The position numbers were made by a program, and so were the translations under genes. Positions 39,779 to 48,713 of a DNA stretch of 64,000 nt are shown here, in pieces; the stretch's first letter is position 1, and each line of letters opens with the position of its first letter. A model generated the notes under the pieces. It ran no database searches and had not been told where the DNA came from. It saw nothing but the letters and a program-made list of their open reading frames with translations. Source of the stretch: an uncultured Candidatus Saccharibacteria bacterium (GTDB taxonomy: Bacteria; Patescibacteriota; Minisyncoccia; Phycocordibacterales; 2-02-FULL-43-11); contig CAYGDO010000002.1 in assembly GCA_964348785.1 (NCBI GenBank), positions 66,238 through 130,237 on the forward strand. Direction: 5' to 3'.

Positions 39779-40003
39779 TCAAAGTCTTTTGACAATTCTG
39801 CCTTTACCACCATAAGGATCCAAAACCAATCTTACCTTATCACCCAAAAGTACCCTTATATGGTTCATTCTCATTTTGCCAGCCAAATATGCCAAAATTA
39901 CATTCCCCCCATCTATTTCAACCTTAAATAAGGCATTTGGCAGGGCATCGACGACTACCCCGGCAACTTCATTTTGAATTGGTTTTTCAACGTTTTCTGA
40001 CAT
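39779..40003 (-). CDS. infA: translation initiation factor IF-1
   Basis: S1-like OB fold '...GKMRMNHIRVLLGDKV...GRIV'. Confidence 0.9.
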   Translation of the reverse strand: MSENVEKPIQNEVAGVVVDALPNALFKVEIDGGNVILAYLAGKMRMNHIRVLLGDKVRLVLDPYGGKGRIVKRL

Positions 40004-40044
40004 TTAAACAATTTTATACGTAGTACAATATAAGTCAATAAAGA

Positions 40045-41328
40045 TTACTCAGTTTTTACAACAATCTTCTCAGCAGAATCAGGAAAATGAATCATCCACA
40101 CCGGAGAAAGTATTGCTTCTGCACTAACCAATCCTTCATAATTAGGAAAAACTTCTTCTCTAATTTCCTTCCTTGTCTTACCAGCAACATCCATTGATAA
40201 TTTTTCGGAATCGATAACCCAAGTAAACAAGGCATTACCAGAAAGTCTAAAATCTATTTCCGGTGAATCAATTTTTGGTCTTTTTTTCCAAGAAAAATTA
40301 AGACCTTCATTAGATACGGAAACTCTAGCAGTAGAAGAGGAATTAGAAAAGATAGTTTTTGATACTATGTTTTCTTCCCAAACATCTTTTTCAAAAGCAA
40401 AAACATTCATAGTGGCTTTTTCCCTTACCAAGACGTTGGAACCACTTTTTGGATCAATAGGTAAAGACTCAAACTCTATGGTATAAGCTCCAGACGGAAA
40501 TACCTTACCTTCTGGTACTTTAGTAATTGCCTCAGCGATCATAGATTTCTCTAAATTGGCACGAAGTTCAGTTTTAACTGTTTTTTGTTTTGCGTCAGAC
40601 AACACATTTGTTACTCCAGAGTAACCCCCGGTCATTGGTGTTTTTGATTTTGCATAAAATCCGGCAAACCTTTTAGCATCAGATTTAAATCCTGGTATGG
40701 TAAAATCTGCCAAATCAATATTGTATTTCTCACCGGCCTCATCTGCATAAACCACCGCCTCAACGCTACCAAAGACAGATTCACCGTTTACAACCTTCAT
40801 ACCTGGGATATCAACCGATCTGTCTATTCTGTAAATCAAACCGTCTTTTGTCTCAAATCTAGTATTTTTTATCAATCTTTGAATGTCTTTAGAAAAAGCA
40901 TTGTAGATAGTTATAGTACCTGTAGCTTTTTTAGTAACCTGTTTTCTGCCATCAGCCGGAACTTCCTTACTTTCAATTTTAGAAAACGAAGCGCCGTAAT
41001 ACTTTAAAAAACCATCAGATTCAAGAGAAGAAATTTTCGCTTTCATATCAAGAGCTATTTCCTGACTTTCTGTTTTCGGAACAATTACAATCTCCGCTTT
41101 AGAAAAAACATAAGAAAGAGCAAACAAAAGAAACAAAACTGCCAATACAGCCACAACCCATAAACCTTTTCTGCTTGTATGTTTATATTCAATCATCTTT
41201 TCTTTTGTCTGGTGATAAACCGTTCCCCACTCTTTAGAATCCTTATTTACAACCTCTTTAGAAGATGACCGAACATAACTTTTAGGCAAAACATCCCTCA
41301 AAAAATTTTTTTTATTCATCTCACTCAT
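40045..41328 (-). CDS. membrane-anchored hypothetical protein (single TM after about 55-aa cytoplasmic N-terminus), possible PilN/PilO-like partner
   Basis: TM 'GLWVVAVLAVLFLLFALSYVF'. Directly downstream of the actin-fold ATPase gene. Confidence 0.4.
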   Translation of the reverse strand: MSEMNKKNFLRDVLPKSYVRSSSKEVVNKDSKEWGTVYHQTKEKMIEYKHTSRKGLWVVAVLAVLFLLFALSYVFSKAEIVIVPKTESQEIALDMKAKISSLESDGFLKYYGASFSKIESKEVPADGRKQVTKKATGTITIYNAFSKDIQRLIKNTRFETKDGLIYRIDRSVDIPGMKVVNGESVFGSVEAVVYADEAGEKYNIDLADFTIPGFKSDAKRFAGFYAKSKTPMTGGYSGVTNVLSDAKQKTVKTELRANLEKSMIAEAITKVPEGKVFPSGAYTIEFESLPIDPKSGSNVLVREKATMNVFAFEKDVWEENIVSKTIFSNSSSTARVSVSNEGLNFSWKKRPKIDSPEIDFRLSGNALFTWVIDSEKLSMDVAGKTRKEIREEVFPNYEGLVSAEAILSPVWMIHFPDSAEKIVVKTE

Positions 41329-41358
41329 TGAAATATAAAACTATTATAACACAACGAA

Positions 41359-42615
41359 CTAATTTTGTTGATGATAGTGGAAAAGAAAATCATTAAAAAA
41401 TACTGTTTGAGCAAATAAAAATGGATCTCTTTCAATAATACTTGGTGAATTTAAATATTTAATAAACAAATCAGCATCTAAAGCCTCAGCATTTATCGGA
41501 TAGGGACTCCTGCCGAAGACGGGTATTTTTTTACTCGTAATCAAATCGGCAAAAAGATGTCCTGAACCATCTCCCACTAAAATAAAAGCTTTGCTAGGCA
41601 TAAAAAATTGCCTAGAAATATCAGAAATCGATTCTGAAAATAATGCTAGCCAATCTTCCTCAACTTGTTTCAAAATATTTTTTAATTTTTCAGATAATTT
41701 TGGGCTGGTATTCTTTTCATCATGCACTCTAATCATTGAGAGAGCTAGATTGGGAGTAAGTCCGTGCATATCTTCCATAATTTTTCTGGCGATAAAATTT
41801 CTTCCTAGTGGAAAAGAGGCGTTGTCAGTAACGATACCATTTTTTACAACTGTAATATCTGTCGTCTCTCCGCTAATGTGAATAAGCATAAAATCTTTTT
41901 CATCGGGAAAAACTTTCCCCAAGACATCGTTGTAAACATGAACAGCTGAGTGAAATTCTATATCTGCACCGACAAAGTGCTTTAAACAAATTTTAGACAA
42001 ACTCCTTTCAACATCCTTAGACATCACACTAAAAAACATAAATAGCTCTAGCTCGGAACATTCTTTATTAAAAATATTTTTTACGTTATAACCATTAACA
42101 AAAGAGCCGACGACCACTTTCTCCACAACTTCAAAATGTTTAATTTCGCCCACAATATCATATTCTTCTTTAGCTTCTTTAGATAAAGAATGAAGAAATT
42201 GTTCTGATTCTCTATCAAGCAACTCCTTTAAAAATTTCTTATCAATCATAACAGGCTTTTGAAAAGAAAAATTTAAAGATTTTGTAGCATCAATATTCCA
42301 AGGAGAAGATACTGAACAAAAAATTTTATAGTAACTTGCTTTAACATCCTTTCCGTTCTTTCCAAGCAAAAAGGCCTTATCGGCCACCGACTTTAAAACA
42401 TCATCCAAAACACCAGACATCAAAGGTAACATCCTATGATTTGAAGACTTCAATTGTATTGGTATTTGTTTTCTTACAGAAAAAATAATCTCCGGTTTAG
42501 CTTCTTTTTGAAAATTAACTAAAGAAGCACCAACACTTCCACCACCAATATCTACCAAAATCGCTCTTCCTTCTGTAAATTCCTTATGTCCTTTAAGCAA
42601 TGAGAAAAAACTCAT
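41359..42615 (-). CDS. actin-fold ATPase, FtsA/PilM-like
   Basis: 'AILVDIGGGSVGASLV' phosphate-1 and 'HISGETTDITVVKNG' phosphate-2 motifs. Confidence 0.6.
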   Translation of the reverse strand: MSFFSLLKGHKEFTEGRAILVDIGGGSVGASLVNFQKEAKPEIIFSVRKQIPIQLKSSNHRMLPLMSGVLDDVLKSVADKAFLLGKNGKDVKASYYKIFCSVSSPWNIDATKSLNFSFQKPVMIDKKFLKELLDRESEQFLHSLSKEAKEEYDIVGEIKHFEVVEKVVVGSFVNGYNVKNIFNKECSELELFMFFSVMSKDVERSLSKICLKHFVGADIEFHSAVHVYNDVLGKVFPDEKDFMLIHISGETTDITVVKNGIVTDNASFPLGRNFIARKIMEDMHGLTPNLALSMIRVHDEKNTSPKLSEKLKNILKQVEEDWLALFSESISDISRQFFMPSKAFILVGDGSGHLFADLITSKKIPVFGRSPYPINAEALDADLFIKYLNSPSIIERDPFLFAQTVFFNDFLFHYHQQN

Positions 42616-42644
42616 TAAAATATTATAACATTTATGAATGTTTT

Positions 42645-44516
42645 TTAAACAAGCACGGCCTTGATTCTTCTTACTCCAGCTGAAACAGCTTCTTCTTTAG
42701 AAATTTTAAACGTACCAACAAGCTCGCTGGTATTCGAAACATGAGGACCTCCACAAAATTCTTTTGAGTATGCGTTGTCTAATGTATCTCCAATGTAATA
42801 GATGGAGACCTCATCACCATATTTCTCACCAAAAAAATGTCTGGCTCCAGTTTTTTCAGCATCTTTTAAAGGCATAACGATCTTGTTAACTGGCAATTTA
42901 GCTTTTATTTTATCATTTACTATTTCTTCTGCTTTCTTAATTTGTTCTGCTGTCATTTTTTGGGGATATGAAAAATCAAATCGAAGTCTTTCGGAAGTAA
43001 TATTACTTCCCTTTTGACCTACGCCTTCGCCCAAGACATCATGCAAAGCTTGATGCAATAGATGCGTCGCAGTGTGATATCGGACAACTTGCTCACTATT
43101 GTCAGCCAAACCTCCTTTAAATTTTTGTTCGGCGCCTGCGCGAGAAAGATCTTGATGTTTTTTCATTTCAGATTTAAATCCCTCTAAATCAACCGCGACA
43201 CCCCTTTCGACTGCAAGTTCCAAAGTCATCTCAATCGGAAATCCGTAACTAGAAAAAAGGACAAACGCGTCCCTGCCAGAAATATTATTTTTTGCTAATT
43301 TCTCAAATTCACGCAAACCGAACATAATTGTACCAACGAATTTAGTTTCCTCTAGAGCGATTTTATTTTCTATTTCTGCCTGTTTTGCCAAAAGGTTTGG
43401 ATAACAATCTTTATACTCCTCAATTATCTTGCCGACAAAAAAAGCTGCCGAGATGTCAGATTTAAGCTTATGAAGATGGTATACCGCTCTTCGCAAAATC
43501 CGTCTAACGAAATAACCTTGATCAGTATTTGAAGGATCAACACCGTCACCAATCAAAAATACAACGGCACGTAGATGATCTGCAACGATACGAAAGGATT
43601 TTTTCAGCGATAAGTCTCCGTAAGATTTTCCAGACAATTTCTCTAATTCTTTTATAAATGAATCAAAAACATCAATATTAAAAATATCTCTATAATCATT
43701 AACAGCCATCGCCATACGCTCTAATCCTCCACCGAAATCTACATTCCTCTGCGGTAATTTTGAAAAAGTTCCATCAACATTTTTCTTGTATTCCATAAAC
43801 ACATTATTACCGATCTCCAAAAAACGCCCGCAATCGCAGTTGGGGTGACAATGCTCACCAAACTTTTTGTCATGAATAATATCTGTAAATTCATAGAACA
43901 TTTCTGAATCCGGTCCTCCTGGCTCTCCTTTTGGCATATTCTCAGGAATTCCAGCTCTACTCCACCAATTTTTCCTAGCATCGTAATAAAAAATTCTTCC
44001 GCCTTGCATACCCAACTTATAACCATTTTCTTCGCTACCTATTTCTACTTCCTTGGCTTCCAATCCTTTTTGATTAAAGAGATTTTTCCATAACTCTGCG
44101 GATTCAACATCTTTAGGAATATTATTTTTTTTGTCACCAATAAAAACTGTAAAATATAATTTTTTAGGATCAATATTCATCTCTTCCGTTAAAAACTTAA
44201 ACATCCACTCTACCTGCTCTTTTTTAAAATAGTCACCAAGAGACCAATTACCCAACATTTCAAAAAAAGTAGTGTGACGATTGTCACCCACTTCTTCTAT
44301 ATCTACTGTACGAAAAGATTTCTGTGAATCAGCAATTCTACTGCCGAGAGGATGTTTTTCTCCAAGCAAATAAGGCACCATAGGTTGCATACCAGAACCA
44401 GTAAAAAGTGTAGTTGGGTCATTTTCAGGCACCAAAGAAGCAGAAGGAATGATGGCATGTCCTCTTTTTTTAAAGAAATCTAAAAATCTTTGCCTTATTT
44501 CATTTGAAGTTAACAT
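42645..44516 (-). CDS. alaS: alanine--tRNA ligase, short form lacking the C-terminal C-Ala domain
   Basis: AlaRS N-terminus '...DPTTLFTGSGMQ...FEMLGNWSLGDYFK'. Editing-domain 'HTATHLLHQAL' and 'CGGPHV'. 623 aa. Confidence 0.85.
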   Translation of the reverse strand: MLTSNEIRQRFLDFFKKRGHAIIPSASLVPENDPTTLFTGSGMQPMVPYLLGEKHPLGSRIADSQKSFRTVDIEEVGDNRHTTFFEMLGNWSLGDYFKKEQVEWMFKFLTEEMNIDPKKLYFTVFIGDKKNNIPKDVESAELWKNLFNQKGLEAKEVEIGSEENGYKLGMQGGRIFYYDARKNWWSRAGIPENMPKGEPGGPDSEMFYEFTDIIHDKKFGEHCHPNCDCGRFLEIGNNVFMEYKKNVDGTFSKLPQRNVDFGGGLERMAMAVNDYRDIFNIDVFDSFIKELEKLSGKSYGDLSLKKSFRIVADHLRAVVFLIGDGVDPSNTDQGYFVRRILRRAVYHLHKLKSDISAAFFVGKIIEEYKDCYPNLLAKQAEIENKIALEETKFVGTIMFGLREFEKLAKNNISGRDAFVLFSSYGFPIEMTLELAVERGVAVDLEGFKSEMKKHQDLSRAGAEQKFKGGLADNSEQVVRYHTATHLLHQALHDVLGEGVGQKGSNITSERLRFDFSYPQKMTAEQIKKAEEIVNDKIKAKLPVNKIVMPLKDAEKTGARHFFGEKYGDEVSIYYIGDTLDNAYSKEFCGGPHVSNTSELVGTFKISKEEAVSAGVRRIKAVLV

Positions 44517-44544
44517 AGAGAAAAATATACCAGAAAAAAGGCCA

Positions 44545-44575
44545 ATAAAAAAGGGCGGATTGCTCCACCCGCGAG
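44545..44575 (-). terminator. intrinsic terminator after the GC-rich ORF
   Basis: Minus strand: GGGTGGA-gcaa-TCCGCCC then TTTTTT. Confidence 0.5.
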
Positions 44576-45070
44576 TCAGTCCTTCCTCATTCTATAAGGA
44601 CTGGGCCCGTCTGGAGATCGGTCCAATAACTCTTGAACCCGATCCCTCATCCGAGGTTCCATTTTCTGAAGCAACCCCGCCATCGTGTCCGGACAAGCAG
44701 GTGAAGTCTCAGCGGTCAGTTGTGGCCAACCACCATCACCGTCCGCCGGATCCTGCATAGGCCAACCGTTGCCAGTTTCGGCCGTAACGGGAGGTGTAGA
44801 AGCCGGGACAAGTTCCACATCCGGCTCTCCAAACATTCGACACAAAACTGTCAGAATATTATTCTCCGCATCAATCCCAATCCCTAAAAACCTTCCCAGG
44901 GCATCCGAGACTACGGTAGAATCTGGGACACACTCACCGTGCGCAACGAAGCCCTGCTCTCCAACACTTACCCACTGACCGAACATCGGCGAACCGTCGA
45001 GCTGAAGACCGAGAATTCTCTGACGAGCTTCAGAAGTCAAAAAATTCACACCAGCTTTTTCATTACTCAT
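44576..45070 (-). CDS. hypothetical protein in a strongly GC-rich island
   Basis: ATG preceded by AGGAGG RBS (8-nt spacing). GC far above neighbours. Own terminator. Confidence 0.5.
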   Translation of the reverse strand: MSNEKAGVNFLTSEARQRILGLQLDGSPMFGQWVSVGEQGFVAHGECVPDSTVVSDALGRFLGIGIDAENNILTVLCRMFGEPDVELVPASTPPVTAETGNGWPMQDPADGDGGWPQLTAETSPACPDTMAGLLQKMEPRMRDRVQELLDRSPDGPSPYRMRKD

Positions 45071-45108
45071 AGAAAGATCCTCCTAAACACCAATTTACTC
45101 CAAAAAAA

Positions 45109-45444
45109 TCAGGCGTCAACAACCATAGATTCTTCCTTCAAAATCTTCTCTTTATTTTTAATTCCACGATTATACCCACCAAGAGAACCGTCAGATTTTA
45201 TAACTCGATGACACGGAACTTTAGGATTATAATTTGTATGTAAAATTGCTCCAACAGCTCGCGTTGCTTTTTCATTTCCAGCCAACTTTGCCACTTCCTT
45301 ATAAGACAAAGTCTCACCTTTTTTTATTTTTCGAACAATAGAAAAAACTTTATCCCTGAAAGAGAGTTTGTCCTGAATTTGCTTTTGATTCTTTTTTAAT
45401 TTTTGTTTTCTTTTCTCCATCTTCTTTTTTTTCTTCATTATCAA
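45109..45444 (-). CDS. ogt: methylated-DNA--protein-cysteine methyltransferase
   Basis: 'VPCHRVIKSDGSLGGY' MGMT active-site motif. 5' end overlaps the upstream nuclease ORF, so the true start may be the internal Met near 45420. Confidence 0.8.
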   Translation of the reverse strand: MIMKKKKKMEKRKQKLKKNQKQIQDKLSFRDKVFSIVRKIKKGETLSYKEVAKLAGNEKATRAVGAILHTNYNPKVPCHRVIKSDGSLGGYNRGIKNKEKILKEESMVVDA

Positions 45445-46207
45445 TTTTTAAATTCATCACAGAATCTTTAAATGCTTTGCCAGCCGATTCTCTATATTCA
45501 CAATACTCGCAACCTTGTCCAGATTTTGGTATTTTTTCTGAAACTAAACAATTTTTTATTTTTGGCAAAACCTCATCTATCCAATCCGCGTTTCCTGTAT
45601 ATGGAATTATATTCACATCAAATTCAAGTTTGGCATCAAAAGCTTCTCTATCCCTCTGACCATTAACATAAACAAAATAACCAGTATCCGACACTTCAAA
45701 ATTATTTTTTCGAAGTAACCATTGATAAACTTCCATCTGTCTTCTGTATTGATTATGCCAACGAGTGTCTTCCAATTCTTTGACCTCTTTATCCTTACTT
45801 GTAGCCTTATAATCAACCACATGAAGTTCACCAGTTTTGTTATTTTTCCAAATATCATCAACGGCTCCAAATATCAACAAATTTGTTTCCTTATCTAAAT
45901 ATTGAACACCGGTAAAATTATGCCTCCACTCATCCATCATTTCATTTTGAAAAGGTACAGCATCAACTCCAAAACTTTTCATCAAAGGGTGTGCTGTCTC
46001 TTTTGCCCTATGAAGATCAAATTCTTTCTTAAGAAGATGGTCAACAGCATTATTGAGCGTGAAAGACGGAATCGAAGGCCTACCCACTCCCAACCTCTGT
46101 TCAAGATAAAAACATCTAGAGCATTCCAAAAATAAATCAATTTTTGACCTTGAGACTTTAAATGGATTTTTCTGATTAGGAACAAATGGATTTTTTTTAA
46201 AAGGCAT
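45350..46207 (-). CDS. Cas4/RecB-like PD-(D/E)xK nuclease with Cys cluster
   Basis: 'GAVDDIW...LHVVDYKATS' (D...DYK motif III), N-terminal 'CSRC' and C-terminal 'CEYCEY' cysteines. Confidence 0.6.
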   Translation of the reverse strand: MPFKKNPFVPNQKNPFKVSRSKIDLFLECSRCFYLEQRLGVGRPSIPSFTLNNAVDHLLKKEFDLHRAKETAHPLMKSFGVDAVPFQNEMMDEWRHNFTGVQYLDKETNLLIFGAVDDIWKNNKTGELHVVDYKATSKDKEVKELEDTRWHNQYRRQMEVYQWLLRKNNFEVSDTGYFVYVNGQRDREAFDAKLEFDVNIIPYTGNADWIDEVLPKIKNCLVSEKIPKSGQGCEYCEYRESAGKAFKDSVMNLKIDNEEKKEDGEKKTKIKKESKANSGQTLFQG

Positions 46208-47066
46208 TTTGTTTAATATTATTTTGATGTGTTTGCTCCTGACTACAAACCTGTCTAGCTTCTTCAGAAATAATTTTTATACTTTGTTCTGAAAAACCCA
46301 AATTAACAAGTTTACTTGCATCCATTGCGTCCTTACATAAAACAACCCCAGATTCTATAAGAGTTCTTTTTTCAACCTGACTAATAGAATTAAGACAAGT
46401 TATAGGATGAAGCCCGACATCTTCGATAAAATCATGGAGATTGTGTTCTCTTGGATAATTCCAACCCATAAGACGAAGTCCGGCGCATCTAGCATAAGAA
46501 ATCGCCCTATCTGTAAATTTAGTATTTGTTATTAACCAAAATTCATCAAGTTTTCTTTTTTTACCGTAAGAAAAATCAATATTTTTTAAATCATCAGCTC
46601 TAGCTTTTACATAAAGTGCCACCTTTAAATCAGATTTTAAACCGATCTGATTATGAAATTTTGCTTCTGCCATTATAAGTTTATTCTCATTCCAAGCTAC
46701 CAAATCAATTTCATGCTCAGCACAATGCCCTTTTACAAAATGATTATTGTCCGATTCATAACCATACATCTTAAAAACACTAGCCATAAATTTTTCAAAA
46801 GGAAATCCTGAAGGACCAAGTTCTCCAAGAGCGCGTCTTAAAGAATATCTAGCGGCGGCAGGTTTTATTTTTTTACCCAATAGGTAAAAAGCATGATCAT
46901 AAATCATAGACGTGGACATTCCGTCTTCTAATTCCCTAGCAATATGTTCAACCACACCCTTAGCGACATTAACCTCCGCACCAGAATTCAAAAGTGATTG
47001 CTCTAGTTTATCTGGATTGAAAATCTCTCTCTGACCATTAGATTTTGTAATGTATATATCTTTCAC
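46197..47066 (-). CDS. ATP-cone domain fused to Mrr-like restriction-endonuclease-fold domain
   Basis: N-terminal ATP-cone-like 'ITKSNGQREIFNPDKL...'. C-terminal 'HEIDLVAWNENKLIMAEAKF' D-x-E-x-K-like core. Confidence 0.55.
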   Translation of the reverse strand: MKDIYITKSNGQREIFNPDKLEQSLLNSGAEVNVAKGVVEHIARELEDGMSTSMIYDHAFYLLGKKIKPAAARYSLRRALGELGPSGFPFEKFMASVFKMYGYESDNNHFVKGHCAEHEIDLVAWNENKLIMAEAKFHNQIGLKSDLKVALYVKARADDLKNIDFSYGKKRKLDEFWLITNTKFTDRAISYARCAGLRLMGWNYPREHNLHDFIEDVGLHPITCLNSISQVEKRTLIESGVVLCKDAMDASKLVNLGFSEQSIKIISEEARQVCSQEQTHQNNIKQNAF

Positions 47067-47107
47067 AGAGAAATTATACTACAGAAAAGAACCTTCGTTT
47101 AAAGGCT

Positions 47108-48310
47108 TTATGCCACTATTCCACCCCCCATACAAATATCACCTTTATAAAAAACTATTGATTGCCCCGATGCCACCATTTGAGGTTTTTTAAATTTTAC
47201 CTCTATTCCATTACTCATTTTTGCAATCTTGCAATTCTCAAGCTCTTGCCTATACCTAGTTCTAGCTAAAAAACCCTTTGTTCCTTCCTTTAAAAAAACA
47301 TTATCGTCAACTAACAAATTTAATTTCTTCAAGATTATTTTTTCATTTCTAAAATAAAAATTTTTATCATTTGAAACAGTAACCGTGTTATTTTTCAAAT
47401 CTTTAGCCACAACAAAATATGGTCTATCGTTTGGAGTTTTTTCTGTAATAGTAAAACCACCCCTTTCACCAATAGTCACAAAATAAGCCCCATCATGAAA
47501 ACCAATTTTTTTACCTTTTTCATTAAAAACTTCACCTTTTTTAGTTTTAATATAATGTTTCAGAAAATCTTTCATATCAACTTTGCCCAGAAAACAAACT
47601 CCCTGGCTATCTTTTTTCTTTGCCGTTGGTAAATTAAATTTCTTAGCCAACTTTCTGACTTCGCTTTTTTCCAAATGACCAACAGGAAAAAGTATTTTAG
47701 ACAGATGTTCTTTTTTAATATTCCACAAAAAATAACTTTGATCTTTATTTTTATCAATGCCAACCAACATTTGATAATGGAAAGTAGAAGGTAGAAAGTA
47801 GCCAGACTTTTGACTCTCATCTTTTTTCATTCCACTTTCCAATTTCAACTTTCTACTTTCCAATATTTGTGCATAATGTCCAGTCGCCACATAATCCGCA
47901 CCTTGCCTTATTGCCCAATCAAAAAAAGCTCCGAATTTTATTTCCTTATTACACATCACATCAGGATTGGGAGTTTTCCCTTTTCTATATTCCTCAATCA
48001 TATAATCAGCCACTTTTTCTTTATACTCCTTCTCTAAATCTAAAGTCATAAAAGGAATATCGAGAGTTGCGCAAACTCTCATGGCATCAAGTCTCTCTTC
48101 CTTCCAAGTACATTCCATAAAATCTGGTGACCATGTTTTTATAAAAACACCAACAACATCAAAACCTGCCTTTTTAAGTAAAGCAGCAGAGACCGAAGAA
48201 TCCACACCTCCGGACATACCGACAAAGGCCTTATTTTTATTTATTTTTTCTAATTGACTTATCACAAAAATGATGTTATCACGTATCATGGTTAAACCCA
48301 AGTTCATCAT
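47108..48310 (-). CDS. mnmA: tRNA-specific 2-thiouridylase
   Basis: PP-loop 'VGMSGGVDSS', 'CFLG' catalytic Cys region. Confidence 0.85.
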   Translation of the reverse strand: MMNLGLTMIRDNIIFVISQLEKINKNKAFVGMSGGVDSSVSAALLKKAGFDVVGVFIKTWSPDFMECTWKEERLDAMRVCATLDIPFMTLDLEKEYKEKVADYMIEEYRKGKTPNPDVMCNKEIKFGAFFDWAIRQGADYVATGHYAQILESRKLKLESGMKKDESQKSGYFLPSTFHYQMLVGIDKNKDQSYFLWNIKKEHLSKILFPVGHLEKSEVRKLAKKFNLPTAKKKDSQGVCFLGKVDMKDFLKHYIKTKKGEVFNEKGKKIGFHDGAYFVTIGERGGFTITEKTPNDRPYFVVAKDLKNNTVTVSNDKNFYFRNEKIILKKLNLLVDDNVFLKEGTKGFLARTRYRQELENCKIAKMSNGIEVKFKKPQMVASGQSIVFYKGDICMGGGIVA

Positions 48311-48650
48311 GTCGCCGTCATCTTTTCAAAAATCAGAACCCCAAACGCTGTCGGAGTTTGTCGCCCTGAGTCAAGAAATGGGTATAGTGGTCAAAAATCC
48401 CCCGACAAGTGTCGATCTCGATCGGCTAGCTGAGAGGTTCGCCGGTATAGAAATACCCCTTCAGCCTCTCCCTTGTTCTTTCAGTTATTTCGGTGGTTGG
48501 TATAGTGACCAATGGAAACGCGAAGTCCGGACAGAAGATGGTCGGTTACTTTTCACCATCAGGATCGGCGATCAACATATCTGCAGATTTCACTTCACTC
48601 TCACCATAGAGCCAGAAGCGTTCAGGCTTCTCTCTATACCGATACCATAA
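48309..48650 (+). CDS. hypothetical plus-strand ORF in a GC-rich island (could instead be non-coding)
   Basis: GC-rich. Plus-strand terminator hairpin at 48651-48680. No convincing RBS. 5' end overlaps the mnmA start divergently. Confidence 0.3.
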   Translation: MSPSSFQKSEPQTLSEFVALSQEMGIVVKNPPTSVDLDRLAERFAGIEIPLQPLPCSFSYFGGWYSDQWKREVRTEDGRLLFTIRIGDQHICRFHFTLTIEPEAFRLLSIPIP

Positions 48651-48713
48651 AGATTGCGCACGCAGTCTTTTTTATTTTCTATACCCCACTCTCCACCTTC
48701 TACTCTCTAACTC

